Of a stretch of DNA of 64,000 nt, positions 44,697 through 55,480 are shown in pieces. Made by a program: the position numbers and the translations under genes. Positions within the stretch are counted from its first letter, which is position 1; the number at the start of each line of letters is the position of its first letter. The notes beneath the pieces are model-generated. The model was not told where the DNA came from, did no database searches, and worked only from the letters and a program-made list of their open reading frames with translations. Origin of the DNA: Minisyncoccota bacterium (GTDB lineage: Bacteria; Patescibacteriota; Minisyncoccia; UBA6257; GWB1-50-10); the NCBI GenBank assembly GCA_041659005.1, contig JBAZZD010000002.1, positions 25,817 to 89,816 of the forward strand, in the 5' to 3' direction.

Positions 44697-45233
44697 ATGC
44701 ACTGTTTACTTCTTCCTGGGTGGATGGAATCGTTGCACTTATATGAGGATCAAAAGGATCTCCATGTTTGTATTGGAAAATTAGACGGAGAGTGCACGTC
44801 TTCTGATTGTGTCGTGGGGTTAAGTCTAGGCACTCTTTCTGTTCTTAAAAGTATTAAACAGATTAAAGGGAAAATTATACTTGTTAATCCCCTACTTCCA
44901 CGAAGGAATATATTTAGATGGTTTGTCCAATGGCTTAATTATGTAACACACGAGGGACTTTTTTTAGAAAGACAAAAATTTACTAAAAATCCTATACGAT
45001 ATAGCAAAGAAATATTTCGTTGTGTACGGCTCTTGAGAACGGATTTTTCAATTATTTTTGACGACCCAATACAAAATAAAAATATTACGGTAGTTCATGG
45101 GAAAAATGACAGATATTTTTGTGACGAGCAAGCAGTGAAATTTCTGCGTTCAAAAGGAATTATGGTTATTGAGGTTGAGAGCGGACATAACTGGAATGAA
45201 GAGATAGAAAAGAGAATTTTCTCAATCACATAA
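44697..45233 (+). CDS. alpha/beta hydrolase-fold small serine hydrolase
   Basis: GLSLG nucleophile elbow (GxSxG) with downstream HGKNDRY and SGHNW. Confidence 0.5.
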   Translation: MHCLLLPGWMESLHLYEDQKDLHVCIGKLDGECTSSDCVVGLSLGTLSVLKSIKQIKGKIILVNPLLPRRNIFRWFVQWLNYVTHEGLFLERQKFTKNPIRYSKEIFRCVRLLRTDFSIIFDDPIQNKNITVVHGKNDRYFCDEQAVKFLRSKGIMVIEVESGHNWNEEIEKRIFSIT

Positions 45234-45237
45234 AAAT

Positions 45238-45262
45238 AACGCCCCAATGGGGCGTTGTAAAA
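45238..45262 (+). terminator. intrinsic terminator
   Basis: aacgcccca-atg-gggcgtt. Confidence 0.5.
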
Positions 45263-45279
45263 TTGTGATAAAAAAGTTT

Positions 45280-45882
45280 TTATTGCGGAACTGTGTAACG
45301 TATTCCCATTGAATATAATGGGAATTTATTCGTCATGTCGTAACCAGCAGAAGCGTAGCATTTCCATCCGCTGTTTATTTGTTGTGTGTATTTTAAGTCT
45401 ACACACCGCTTCCATACTTTCGTAAAACCGAGTACTGCATACGTTGCATCAAAATTGAATGCTGAAATTGTAGCTGAATGATAATTAATAAACTCGTTCA
45501 ATTTCCATTCTGGTTTATCGGGAAGGCCGGCCATAATTCCATACCAATGTAGGGTCGAAAAGAATTTAACTGGTTGAAATGCAACTTGTACTCCACCCCA
45601 TGCAGCGTCTTTGTAGAATCCTGCAGTCACCCCAAGTTTTAGAGTTGGAATAAGTTTTGTCAGTTGGAACCGTCCATAAACACGGCTTTGATTTCCAGTG
45701 AGACGGAATGTAGTGTTTTCACTTTTGAATGCGACATTCATATCAATGCCGCTCGAAAGTATTCCTCTCCCAAAACTTATATCAACACTTTCTAACTTCA
45801 ATTCGTCCTGTGCAAATGCACGATTTGGAATGATAAAAGCGATAACGAGCGCAAGCAAAAAAACAGTTGATAACTTTTTCAA
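45280..45882 (-). CDS. secreted beta-rich hypothetical protein
   Basis: Signal peptide ...PNRAFAQD; alternating hydrophobic pattern. Confidence 0.5.
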   Translation of the reverse strand: MKKLSTVFLLALVIAFIIPNRAFAQDELKLESVDISFGRGILSSGIDMNVAFKSENTTFRLTGNQSRVYGRFQLTKLIPTLKLGVTAGFYKDAAWGGVQVAFQPVKFFSTLHWYGIMAGLPDKPEWKLNEFINYHSATISAFNFDATYAVLGFTKVWKRCVDLKYTQQINSGWKCYASAGYDMTNKFPLYSMGIRYTVPQ

Positions 45883-45975
45883 TTTCTTCTCCTTATTAAT
45901 AAATTAATGATGTCTGCATTATATCACCAAATATATAATTTGTCAATAATTCGTTATACATAAATATGTGCATTT

Positions 45976-46422
45976 TTGCGGTATACTATTCCTATGGACG
46001 AGAAAAAATTTGATATATTAAAAACCGAGTTTTTATTAACTCAACAGCAAATGGACAAATATGATCAGTCCTCTACCACAATCAAAGCGTGGTCAGTCAC
46101 GCTATGGGTGGCAAGTTCTGGGTGGGCACTTCAATCAGGAAAACACGAATTGTTTCTATTAGGCATTGTTCTTGTACTTACTTTTTGGTTTTTTGACGGG
46201 ATTAACAAAACATTCAGAACAAATTATAAGAAGCGTAGGGATGAGGTTGCGGTGCTTTTGGCTAAGGTCTTCAAAGGAGAAGAAATTTCTTCTGATGTTG
46301 TTTCTCCAAGTCTTCCAAAATACGACCTAAGCCATGTGTTTTCTTATTCATTTACTCCGCACATTGCTCTTCCCTATATAGTGTTTCTCGTGCTTTCATT
46401 AGTATTCTTTTTTATTAATTAA
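45976..46422 (+). CDS. hypothetical membrane protein
   Basis: Three TM helices. Confidence 0.45.
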   Translation: MRYTIPMDEKKFDILKTEFLLTQQQMDKYDQSSTTIKAWSVTLWVASSGWALQSGKHELFLLGIVLVLTFWFFDGINKTFRTNYKKRRDEVAVLLAKVFKGEEISSDVVSPSLPKYDLSHVFSYSFTPHIALPYIVFLVLSLVFFFIN

Positions 46423-46774
46423 TTTTAGAGGAAATTGACCTTACTACATATACGGTGGTATAGTATCGTCAGTTTTTTACAAATTAATCTGGAGATATAA
46501 ATGAAAAATATTATGCTTTTTTTCATGTTTTGGGCCCTTTTTGTGTTTTTTGTTCTCTTTGTACATCTTTTTGATGTTAATGAAGTCATAAAGTGCCCAC
46601 TTATTACTTTTGATGTAATATTTTCACTTCTCGCCGCGTTTTTTTTCTTTAAGCTTTTTTCAGAAAAGTTAAGGAAACGTAATGTAACCAAAGCGCTATA
46701 GTGGTACACTAAATAGTAGAGAAAGAATTAAAAAAATAAACCCTCGATGTCATTCGAGATTAAGGAGTTCTAAA

Positions 46775-47212
46775 TTGAAACGATACTTTCTTTTTTTATT
46801 TTCTCTTCTCTTCTTGAGTGGGTGTTACACCCAAATTCAAAAAGAAACAAGAGAATATTCACATGAATCGACCGTCGTTGATTCTGCGCGAGGAATTAAT
46901 CCTCATATATTAATATTAAGGAACGATCCGTATCTATTCCCTTACTATCAGTATCCATTTTGGAGGGAAAACTGGTATCCTTTTGGGTTATATTGGGATA
47001 TGCATCACCGGTTTGGTTTCTGGGATTATCGTTATAATCGACCATGGATACACTATCCACCAAAATGGAAGAATCCGATTTTATCAAAATCCCGTCCGTC
47101 TATTCGAATACGAAACGATTCTTCCGGAGAACGAGGAACTGACCGAAATAAAAATAGGGATCTTCCCTCAAGAGAAAAAGATAGGTCAAAAAAAGATTCT
47201 CCACGGAAATAA
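46775..47212 (+). CDS. lipoprotein, aromatic-rich
   Basis: Lipobox LLFLSGC; W/Y/F-rich middle; basic tail. Confidence 0.5.
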   Translation: MKRYFLFLFSLLFLSGCYTQIQKETREYSHESTVVDSARGINPHILILRNDPYLFPYYQYPFWRENWYPFGLYWDMHHRFGFWDYRYNRPWIHYPPKWKNPILSKSRPSIRIRNDSSGERGTDRNKNRDLPSREKDRSKKDSPRK

Positions 47213-47227
47213 ACGTGATATGAACGA

Positions 47228-47262
47228 AAGCGTTAAATAAACCCGTCCTCATTTTGGACGGT
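47228..47262 (+). terminator. intrinsic terminator
   Basis: ccgtcc-tcatttt-ggacgg followed by tttttttta. Confidence 0.6.
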
Positions 47263-47341
47263 TTTTTTTATTTATATATATGTGTGTACTTCTTAATATT
47301 CGCTCGCTAGACATGGTTGCCGTTTCTTGTATGTTTTTGGT

Positions 47342-48565
47342 TTATTCAAATCTCAATGCCTCAATTGGATTGAGTTTTGCGGCGCGACTTGCGGGATAGT
47401 ATCCAAAGATTATTCCAATTGCTGCAGAAATACCAAATGCAAACAAAACAGAATTCAGAGAAACTTTTGTTTGCATAATACCAAAATACGAAACACCATA
47501 TGCAACGAGCCACCCCAGAATTACCCCAATAATTCCTCCAACAAATGTTAGTGCAATTGATTCTACTAAAAATTGAAAACTAATATCGGCACGTTTTGCT
47601 CCAATTGCTTTTCGAAGTCCAATTTCACGCGTTCGTTCAGTTACGGTAGTAAGCATCATATTCATGATTCCAATACCACCAACAACAAGCGAGATTCCTG
47701 CGATAGCCCCCAAGAGAATAGTAAGTGTGCCAGTAATACTTGAGGCTGTTGCCACAATATCGCTTTGATTCATTGTGCTAAAATCGGCGAGCGTTGGATC
47801 TGAAATATGGTGTCGTTCTAAAAGTAGCGTGGTAATTTGCGACTGTACATCACTCATTACATCAGGTGATTCTGCTTTTACACTTATTGTTGATACGTAA
47901 TCATCTCCCGCAAGGAATTTTTGTGCGGACGATAGTGGAATAAAAATCATATCATCTTGACTTCCAAAACCACCGCTTCCTTTTGCTTTAGTTATTCCAA
48001 CGACTTTAAATTCAATTTGTTTTATTCTAATTGTTTGTCCAATTGGATCCACTCCTTCTCCAAATAAGTCGTCTCTAGTAGTTGGTCCAATTACTGCGAT
48101 TTTTGCTAAGCTTCGAATATTTTGGTCGGTGATAAATGATCCGTTATCAAGTTCTATATTTCGCACATCTGGATAATTTGTGACCGTACCAACAACTTGT
48201 GTGTTTGTATTTGTTCCTTTTCCTGTTATCTGATATCTACCAGAAAGTTCAGCGGCAGTTGAACTAATTCCAGTTACCGTATTTATAATTGCATCTGCAT
48301 CGCTTTGAACAAGAGTTCGTGCAGATCCGCGTCCTTGACTTACCTGAACTCCAACGCCACGTTGTGCTCCTGGTGTTACCAAAATGAGATTTGAACCAAT
48401 TGATTGGATATTTGATTCAATAGTATTTTGTGCTCCCTGCCCAATTGAAACCATTGCGATAACTGAAGCAATTCCAATTACAATACCAAGCATGGTAAGT
48501 CCTGAACGTGCTTTGTTTCCAGTGATTGCCTCATATGTTTCTTCTAGTGTATCAGCAAGTTTCAT
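47342..48565 (-). CDS. ABC transporter permease, MacB/FtsX-like
   Basis: N-terminal TM, large periplasmic domain, C-terminal 3-TM FtsX domain. Confidence 0.85.
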   Translation of the reverse strand: MKLADTLEETYEAITGNKARSGLTMLGIVIGIASVIAMVSIGQGAQNTIESNIQSIGSNLILVTPGAQRGVGVQVSQGRGSARTLVQSDADAIINTVTGISSTAAELSGRYQITGKGTNTNTQVVGTVTNYPDVRNIELDNGSFITDQNIRSLAKIAVIGPTTRDDLFGEGVDPIGQTIRIKQIEFKVVGITKAKGSGGFGSQDDMIFIPLSSAQKFLAGDDYVSTISVKAESPDVMSDVQSQITTLLLERHHISDPTLADFSTMNQSDIVATASSITGTLTILLGAIAGISLVVGGIGIMNMMLTTVTERTREIGLRKAIGAKRADISFQFLVESIALTFVGGIIGVILGWLVAYGVSYFGIMQTKVSLNSVLFAFGISAAIGIIFGYYPASRAAKLNPIEALRFE

Positions 48566-49284
48566 ATTGTTTCTTTTATTGCGTGGTGTGCCATTCGACG
48601 AGTATGATTTTTTTTGTCTTCTACAATTAGACCATCACGTATGTGAATGATTCGTTCAGCATGTTCTGCAACATCTGTTTCATGTGTTATAAGAATAATG
48701 GTTCTTCCCTTTTCTTTATTCAGTTTTTGGAATGTTCCTAATACAATTTCTCCCGTTTTTGTATCAAGATTTCCCGTTGGTTCATCTGCTAATATAAGCG
48801 ATGGATTGTTTACTAATGCTCGCGCAATTGCAACACGTTGAATTTGTCCTCCTGAAAGCTGATTTGAACGATGAAAGAAGTGCGTTTCTTCAAGACCAGC
48901 ACTTTTTAACGCCTCTCGTGCTCTTTGTTCGCGTTCGTGCGCACTTATTCCCGCATACATTAGTGGAAGCATACAATTTCGCAACACGGTCGCGCGAGGT
49001 AAAAGGTTGAATGCTTGAAATACAAAACCAATCTTGTTTTTTCTAATATCGGCGAGCTCATCATCAGAAAAGCGAGATACATCATGATTATCAAGAAAAT
49101 ATGATCCGCTTGTTGGCGTATCAAGCGCGCCCAAAATATGCATTAACGTTGATTTCCCCGATCCTGATGGTCCCATGATTGCAACAAACTCTCCATCGTG
49201 AATTTTGAAACTTACTCCATTTAGCGCGATAGTTTCAATGTCCGCAGTTTTATAAATTTTTTTTACATCAAGAATTTCTATCAT
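48562..49284 (-). CDS. ABC transporter ATP-binding protein (MacB-type)
   Basis: GPSGSGKST, LSGGQIQRVAIARAL and ILADEPTGNLD. Start taken at the MIEILDVKKIY ATG at 49284 (1-nt overlap with the upstream gene). Confidence 0.9.
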   Translation of the reverse strand: MIEILDVKKIYKTADIETIALNGVSFKIHDGEFVAIMGPSGSGKSTLMHILGALDTPTSGSYFLDNHDVSRFSDDELADIRKNKIGFVFQAFNLLPRATVLRNCMLPLMYAGISAHEREQRAREALKSAGLEETHFFHRSNQLSGGQIQRVAIARALVNNPSLILADEPTGNLDTKTGEIVLGTFQKLNKEKGRTIILITHETDVAEHAERIIHIRDGLIVEDKKNHTRRMAHHAIKETI

Positions 49285-49285
49285 T

Positions 49286-51085
49286 TTAATGTGGTATTGC
49301 CGATCGTGTTCCGCCGCCACCAAACAAACTTGGGGTTGTTGATTTAGTTGCTGCGGTAGTTGCCGAGATTGTACGCACAACAACATGTTCGCCCTCCGTA
49401 AGACCGGAAATTATTTCTGTATAACTGTCGCTTGCAATCCCTGTTTCAATTGTTTTTTCTGTTGGTATTTCTTTTGTCGTAAATCCAGTAGATGCGGTGC
49501 CATTCGTTGGAATGACGGAAAATACTTGAACATAATTTGTATTCCCTTGTGTTTTTATTGCGCTATCAGGAATTGCAAGTACGTCTTGTTTCATATCAAT
49601 AATAATTGAAGCACTTACACTCATTCCTGATTTTATGCGATTGTCCTGTGTGTCAAAACTTATTTTTACCGCATATGATACTACGCCCTGAGAAACAGCA
49701 CCGAGTGCATCAACTGAAGCAACTACCCCAGAGATACTCAAATCAGGAACGGCGTCAAAGGTAAGGGTCGCTTTTTGCCCATTTTTAATTTTTGCAGCAT
49801 CAATCTCATTTAAGGAAATTTCCGCAATTTTTTGTTTTGTTATTAGCGACCCAAAAACTGTTCCTGAACTTACTGAGTCGCCATTTTCAATATCAACACT
49901 CGCAATTACTCCGTCAAACGGAGCTCTAACTGTATAATCGAGAAGTTCATCTTTTAAATCTGCAAGCGTATCCCTCTTTTTTTGGACTGAATTTCTTTCT
50001 GACTGTAGAGAAAGTGGGTCATTACCCTTTTCATTGTTGATTTTATAAACAGCTATCCCCTGTTCAGTTTCTAATATTGTATCTTTTAGATTTTTAACGG
50101 TGCGATCTTGTGTGGATAATGCGGAAACTTGCGTATTAGCAATCCCAATTTTGCTTGCAAGAGTCGTTTGGGTGGTTGAAATATATGAATTTAGTCTAAT
50201 ATCTTTTTGTTCTGCAATATCAAGAACTGTATCGATAAGATTTTTTTCGCTTTTTAATGCTTGTGTAATTGCAACTGCCGCATCAGAAGAATCTAATAAA
50301 ACATTTTCTATCTCTTCATTGTTTGAGTACATTGTGAGTACTTTAAATTTGGAAATAGAAGTATCATATTTTTCTCTTGCGATTGCATAATCACGTTTCG
50401 CGATTTCTGCAAAAGAAGTGATTTTGTCTTTGTCGTCCTGGTTATTAAATGGATTGCGATATGCATCAACATTCCATTGTCCACCTTGACTCAGATCTGT
50501 TCCATGAAGAACATTTTCTGCCGTTGTCATTACTGATGGAAGATTGAGAAACGCATTTGAAATAGTTATAAATGAATCGTCATATGCATTCTCAAGACTT
50601 TCTTTTGAGTCTTGTAGTGTTTTTAATTTTTTACTGTAATCGATTGGTGCTTGTGCGGTATCTTGTTCTAACGAATATTCTGCTTCTCGAAGTGCAGATT
50701 CTGCATCACGAATGCTTTTTTGTGCTGTTGTTGAATCAATTGAAAAAAGTGCCTGACCCTTTTTAACCTCAATGCCAGCTCCAACGCCTATCCAAGTAAC
50801 ATCTCCAGAAACTTTTGGTTTAATTTCAACTTGATTTTTTGCTGAAACCTGACCGCTTCCGCTTACAGTAACCATGATGGTTTGCTTAGATACGTTTGCA
50901 GTTACATATTTTGTTGGCACTATTGCGGGTGAAAAACCACCAAAAATCCAATAGATAACAACAAAAAGAACTATCAGAATGATGGCTGATAGTAATTTAT
51001 GTAATTTTATATACGAAAGGACGCGACGAGAACGATTTAATTTATGTTCGCTTTTCATAAAGATAGAACTATATATATAATACAC
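49286..51085 (-). CDS. HlyD-family periplasmic adaptor with very long coiled coil
   Basis: TM anchor, beta-barrel/lipoyl segments flanking a coiled coil of over 250 aa; operonic with the ABC ATPase and permease. Confidence 0.8.
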   Translation of the reverse strand: MYYIYSSIFMKSEHKLNRSRRVLSYIKLHKLLSAIILIVLFVVIYWIFGGFSPAIVPTKYVTANVSKQTIMVTVSGSGQVSAKNQVEIKPKVSGDVTWIGVGAGIEVKKGQALFSIDSTTAQKSIRDAESALREAEYSLEQDTAQAPIDYSKKLKTLQDSKESLENAYDDSFITISNAFLNLPSVMTTAENVLHGTDLSQGGQWNVDAYRNPFNNQDDKDKITSFAEIAKRDYAIAREKYDTSISKFKVLTMYSNNEEIENVLLDSSDAAVAITQALKSEKNLIDTVLDIAEQKDIRLNSYISTTQTTLASKIGIANTQVSALSTQDRTVKNLKDTILETEQGIAVYKINNEKGNDPLSLQSERNSVQKKRDTLADLKDELLDYTVRAPFDGVIASVDIENGDSVSSGTVFGSLITKQKIAEISLNEIDAAKIKNGQKATLTFDAVPDLSISGVVASVDALGAVSQGVVSYAVKISFDTQDNRIKSGMSVSASIIIDMKQDVLAIPDSAIKTQGNTNYVQVFSVIPTNGTASTGFTTKEIPTEKTIETGIASDSYTEIISGLTEGEHVVVRTISATTAATKSTTPSLFGGGGTRSAIPH

Positions 51086-51128
51086 GAAACATTATAAATA
51101 TATTACAGAACTTTATCCCACTCGAAGA

Positions 51129-51941
51129 ATGCCTTATACTGACTACATGAAATGGCCAACGACACTCATCTTTGTTCGTCACGGAGAATCAGCGTTTAAT
51201 GCACTAAAAATAAAGAAGCAGCACATTGAGCATTATGAGGAATTTAGAAAATTATTTAGTAATGAATTTTCAGTTGCCACAACACCCGATTGGCCAAGTA
51301 AAAAATTAACCGATATGGCGAATGAGATATGGGATGAGTGCAGGCTAGATCAAAATGACTATGATACTCCCCTTACTGACATGGGACGCGCGCAGGCACG
51401 AACAACAGGAGAACAACTTTCAAAACAGTCGTATATTCCCGATGTTGTGTTTGTCTCTCCTTATTTACGAACACGTCAGACATTGGAAGAAATTCAGAAG
51501 GGTTGGCCGGCACTTAGAGATGTACGCGTAGTTTCCGAAGAACGAATTCGAGAACAAGAACATGGACTTTCAACGCTCTATAATGATCGAAGTGTTTATT
51601 TTACACTGAATCCGCTTCAAGGACTTTTATACAAACTTGAAGGAGATTATGGATATCGATATCCCAATGGAGAAAATAAAGCAGATGTGCGAGATAGAGT
51701 ACGAAGTTCTTTAAGTACCACTGCGCGTGAATATTCTGAAAAAATAGTACTTTCAATTTCACATCACCTTACCCTTTTGTCTCTACGCGCGAATCTTGAG
51801 CGATGGGACAGAGAGCAGTTTATGAAGGTTGATTATGAAGATTTTCCAATAAACTGTGGGGTGACTATTTATAAAGGGAATCCGCAGAAGGGACAGAGTG
51901 GACGACTTGAACTTGAGTCATACAATCAAAAGCTTTACTAA
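51129..51941 (+). CDS. histidine phosphatase family protein (phosphoglycerate mutase-like)
   Basis: LIFVRHGES (RHG motif) and downstream His. Confidence 0.75.
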   Translation: MPYTDYMKWPTTLIFVRHGESAFNALKIKKQHIEHYEEFRKLFSNEFSVATTPDWPSKKLTDMANEIWDECRLDQNDYDTPLTDMGRAQARTTGEQLSKQSYIPDVVFVSPYLRTRQTLEEIQKGWPALRDVRVVSEERIREQEHGLSTLYNDRSVYFTLNPLQGLLYKLEGDYGYRYPNGENKADVRDRVRSSLSTTAREYSEKIVLSISHHLTLLSLRANLERWDREQFMKVDYEDFPINCGVTIYKGNPQKGQSGRLELESYNQKLY

Positions 51942-51952
51942 TAATTTACTAT

Positions 51953-53059
51953 ATGCGGTATCTATTTATTATTGTTTTATTGCTTATACAAATAATTCTT
52001 TTTGGTGCACATTATATTTTGTATCGTGGAATTATTGATATTTTTATAATAAAAAATACTAATATATTATTTACACTTAAAATACTATTGGGGTTACTTT
52101 CTGTTAGTTTCCTGATCGCATCGCTTGTCGGCTCAAAAATATACTCTTCATTTACTGAAACATTTTACACTGGAGCTGCTACATGGCTTGGATTATTGTT
52201 ATATCTATTTGTTGCTTCAGCAATATTCTTTTCTGTCCGATTTGGTTTTGGAAACATTTTTTCAATAACAATCATTCACGGAATAGGAACGATACTTCTT
52301 TTTATCGGACTTGGTGCGGGAGTGTATGGATTATATAATGCTCGCACTATACAAATATCAGAAATTACCCCAGCAATAAAAAATCTTCCTGATGCATGGA
52401 GGGGAAAAACTGCTGTATGGATAAGCGACATTCATATCGGGCAGGTATATTCGACATCATTTAGCAAGAAAATTGCGGAAAAGATTCAATCGCTTAATCC
52501 TAATATCGTTTTTTTAGGTGGAGATGTTTTTGATGGAACTGCTGGAAATTTAAAAGAAGCAGTAACTCCACTTGCGAATATAAAAAGTAAATACGGAACC
52601 TATTTTATTAGTGGAAATCATGAGGAATTTTCTGCAGATGATTCATTCATTAATGTGGTAAAAGAAAGTGGTATAACGGTATTAAAAAATGAGTCGCTTG
52701 TTATTGATGGGGTAAATATTGTCGGTGTAGATTATCGAGATTCAGAAAATAGGGACACATTTACTACTACACTGAAAAGACTCATAAAACCTGAACTTCC
52801 AACAATTCTCTTAAAACATGCACCGACAAATCTAGATATTGCGTCTGATGCGCATGTTGCATTTCAAATATCGGGACACACGCATGTTGCACAGGTGTTT
52901 CCATTTATGTACATAACAAAAATGGTATATGGGATATATGAATATGGACTACATCCTTATAATGATATGAGTGTATATACATCAAGTGGCGTTGGAACGT
53001 GGGGCCCCCCTCTTCGCGTAGGCACAAAATCAGAAATTGTAAAAATATTATTTCAATAA
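51953..53059 (+). CDS. membrane-anchored calcineurin-like metallophosphoesterase
   Basis: Four or five TM helices then SDIHIGQ, GGDVFDG, GNHE, GHTH. Confidence 0.8.
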   Translation: MRYLFIIVLLLIQIILFGAHYILYRGIIDIFIIKNTNILFTLKILLGLLSVSFLIASLVGSKIYSSFTETFYTGAATWLGLLLYLFVASAIFFSVRFGFGNIFSITIIHGIGTILLFIGLGAGVYGLYNARTIQISEITPAIKNLPDAWRGKTAVWISDIHIGQVYSTSFSKKIAEKIQSLNPNIVFLGGDVFDGTAGNLKEAVTPLANIKSKYGTYFISGNHEEFSADDSFINVVKESGITVLKNESLVIDGVNIVGVDYRDSENRDTFTTTLKRLIKPELPTILLKHAPTNLDIASDAHVAFQISGHTHVAQVFPFMYITKMVYGIYEYGLHPYNDMSVYTSSGVGTWGPPLRVGTKSEIVKILFQ

Positions 53060-53086
53060 TTATTAACGTTATCTTATAATAAAAAT

Positions 53087-53824
53087 ATGAACAAAACAGC
53101 GGTTATTGTTGCTATTGTAGCGCTTATGGCTGCTCTAGGACTTACGGGATATAAGATCGTGAAAGACACTGGCGCGCCAGTCCCTTATGCGGTTGATACG
53201 GATTTGCAGATGGTTTCCAATGTTATTGATGGGGACACGTTCACAATTTTAGATGGCCCCAAAATTAGACTTATTGGTATTGATGCTCCAGACGAAAAAG
53301 AGTGTTATTTTGCGAGTTCAACGGAATATCTTAAATCGCTAATTGAAAACAAGAAAATAAAACTTGAAAAAGATATTTCAGGAACGGATGAGTATGGACG
53401 ATTGCTTCGATATGCTATATTCCCCAATCCTGATGTAACAGAAGACAGTATCTTGATAAACGAAAGAATGGTTCGTGAGGGATATGCGGTGCGACAACAG
53501 GAATCGCCCGACAATCGATATCGTGATTTATTTGCAACTGCCGAGGCAGAAGCAAAGAAACTTGGAAAAGGACTTTGGAGTGCGTGCAAGGCTGCATCAA
53601 CAACTCCGGCAAATGAGGAACGAGAAATTGATCTTGGTCCCCCATTTCCTGAATGTATAGTAAAGGGAAATATTTCAGAAAAAGGATATGGAAAAACCTA
53701 CTTAGTTCCTGGGTGTGACAATTACGAAAAGACAAAAATTGATGAGCGGAAAGGAGAGCAGTATTTTTGTTTTGAAGACGATGCCATTGAGGCGGGATTT
53801 AGGAAGGCAGAGAATTGTCCATAA
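53087..53824 (+). CDS. thermonuclease (SNase-like) with Cys-containing C-terminal extension
   Basis: VIDGDTF...RLIGIDAPE...GRLLRY; extra C-terminal domain with four Cys. Confidence 0.8.
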   Translation: MNKTAVIVAIVALMAALGLTGYKIVKDTGAPVPYAVDTDLQMVSNVIDGDTFTILDGPKIRLIGIDAPDEKECYFASSTEYLKSLIENKKIKLEKDISGTDEYGRLLRYAIFPNPDVTEDSILINERMVREGYAVRQQESPDNRYRDLFATAEAEAKKLGKGLWSACKAASTTPANEEREIDLGPPFPECIVKGNISEKGYGKTYLVPGCDNYEKTKIDERKGEQYFCFEDDAIEAGFRKAENCP

Positions 53825-53832
53825 GGACAGTT

Positions 53833-53864
53833 AATTTCGAATGATGAATTTTGAATTTCTAATT
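53833..53864. repeat. AT-rich dispersed repeat copy (AATTTCGAATGATGAATTTTGAATTTCTAATT)
   Basis: Matches 441-471 and 58842-58870. Confidence 0.65.
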
Positions 53865-53964
53865 AAAAAGATATGCATCCAAATAAGAACAGGAATTGCA
53901 GATGCAATAGTTGCTGTTTGTGACCAATTTTCAAAAAATTGAAAATAAAACCCCCATTTGGGGG

Positions 53965-54417
53965 TTATTTAATTTTTGCAACCAAAGTAGTGTCATAAAA
54001 TTCAACCGGTGCATTATCGTATTTCCTGACAGCATTTTCGCCATTGTGAAGTGGTTCTATTTTTACAAAGGTCCAGCGCGAATTGAGAAACCTGTCACTG
54101 TCGGAATTATCTACCGGCATCGGACAAGAGATGAATTCATCTCCAATATTTAAATCTCTAAATGTCAGTTTGACATCTGAATCAACGACAAGTGTTAAAT
54201 GATGTTTTTCCAAAAAACTTTTTAAAAATAGATAAAATGCAGCCTTTTTTTCTTGTATTAACTCAAGACGAAAGCCATTATCTGATGCATACGAAATCTT
54301 TTTCACACAAACAGACGGAGATTCGTTTAGGGATTTTCGAAAGTCAATAACATACTCATACGGAACTTGCAAATAAATGCATATATTCTCGGATACGATT
54401 TTTACTGATTCAGCCAT
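53965..54417 (-). CDS. hypothetical protein
   Basis: Track ORF to 54540; ATG at 54417 preceded by AAAGGAG; terminator downstream. Confidence 0.45.
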   Translation of the reverse strand: MAESVKIVSENICIYLQVPYEYVIDFRKSLNESPSVCVKKISYASDNGFRLELIQEKKAAFYLFLKSFLEKHHLTLVVDSDVKLTFRDLNIGDEFISCPMPVDNSDSDRFLNSRWTFVKIEPLHNGENAVRKYDNAPVEFYDTTLVAKIK

Positions 54418-54840
54418 TTTCGGCTCCTTTTTATTTTTGTAAATGAATAAACATACCTTACAATAAATTTCATTCAATAGCAAACAAGCGAGAGAGCAAT
54501 AAAAAGCCGGCTCGATATGAGCCGGGGAAGAAATAAACAATTTATAAGTTTAATCACCACTGTTGATTTTCACTCATCATTATTTATTGGAGGAAAAATC
54601 TCAAATAAGGGCTTATCCGACTACCATTGGATATTGGTTCGGAATTTCCACTTTACACACAAGGTGTTGGATATTTTAATCCTTGTGTGCGTGGTATGTT
54701 TTTTTATTCCACTTTGAGATCTTTATATGCACGGTTCGCAAGTAGTGCAAGGAACTATAAGTAGTGTAGCAAAAGAAATTTGACATGGCAAATATACGGA
54801 ATATCCTGTACGTAGAACATAAACATTAAGAGGATTTATC

Positions 54841-55371
54841 ATGAAAGCGAAAAATATTATAGTGGTCAGAATTTCAGAACTTGAGAAAGAAAGGACTACT
54901 GCCGAAAGAGAGCTAGAAAAAGAGAGGGCACTTATTTTTAATGACATGGTTGAAAGCTTTAATTGTGAAATTACAAGCACTAAACTTCTTGAACAAAAAA
55001 TAGAAAGAATTAATCGTGCACTTGCAATTCTCTATGAAGTTCGAGATGAAAATTTTGTTATTTCAGATTTGCAGGAAAAAACGCTTGCAGAGCAAATCAG
55101 TCAGATAAAAAATAAAATATCTGAGTTGTTCGCCAACCTTGCTGATCTTGCAGTAATAAAAAACACGAATTCATTTGCCCACTCATTAATTAAAAATGGA
55201 TTTAGTAACGATGAGCAATATGATCCCACGGTGTGCATTTGCGATTGTCACGTAATAACCAAAGAAGAGAAGAAACACGAGAGCGCGATCCCGTGTTGTA
55301 CTGTTTGTTTGCGGTGCGGAAAGAACATCAATCTTGGCCTCATGGAAGCGCATGAGAAAATATGCAATTAA
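54841..55371 (+). CDS. coiled-coil protein with C-terminal Cys-rich zinc-ribbon
   Basis: Coiled-coil N-terminal half; CICDCH...CCTVCLRCG...HEKIC. Confidence 0.5.
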   Translation: MKAKNIIVVRISELEKERTTAERELEKERALIFNDMVESFNCEITSTKLLEQKIERINRALAILYEVRDENFVISDLQEKTLAEQISQIKNKISELFANLADLAVIKNTNSFAHSLIKNGFSNDEQYDPTVCICDCHVITKEEKKHESAIPCCTVCLRCGKNINLGLMEAHEKICN

Positions 55372-55480
55372 ATTGTCCCCACAGATGTGGGGATTTTATT
55401 TTAAAAAAAATGCAGCGATACCAACTATAAGAATGAATATACACACACCGATAAATATCTTTCCAAGTGATCTCATTTGA

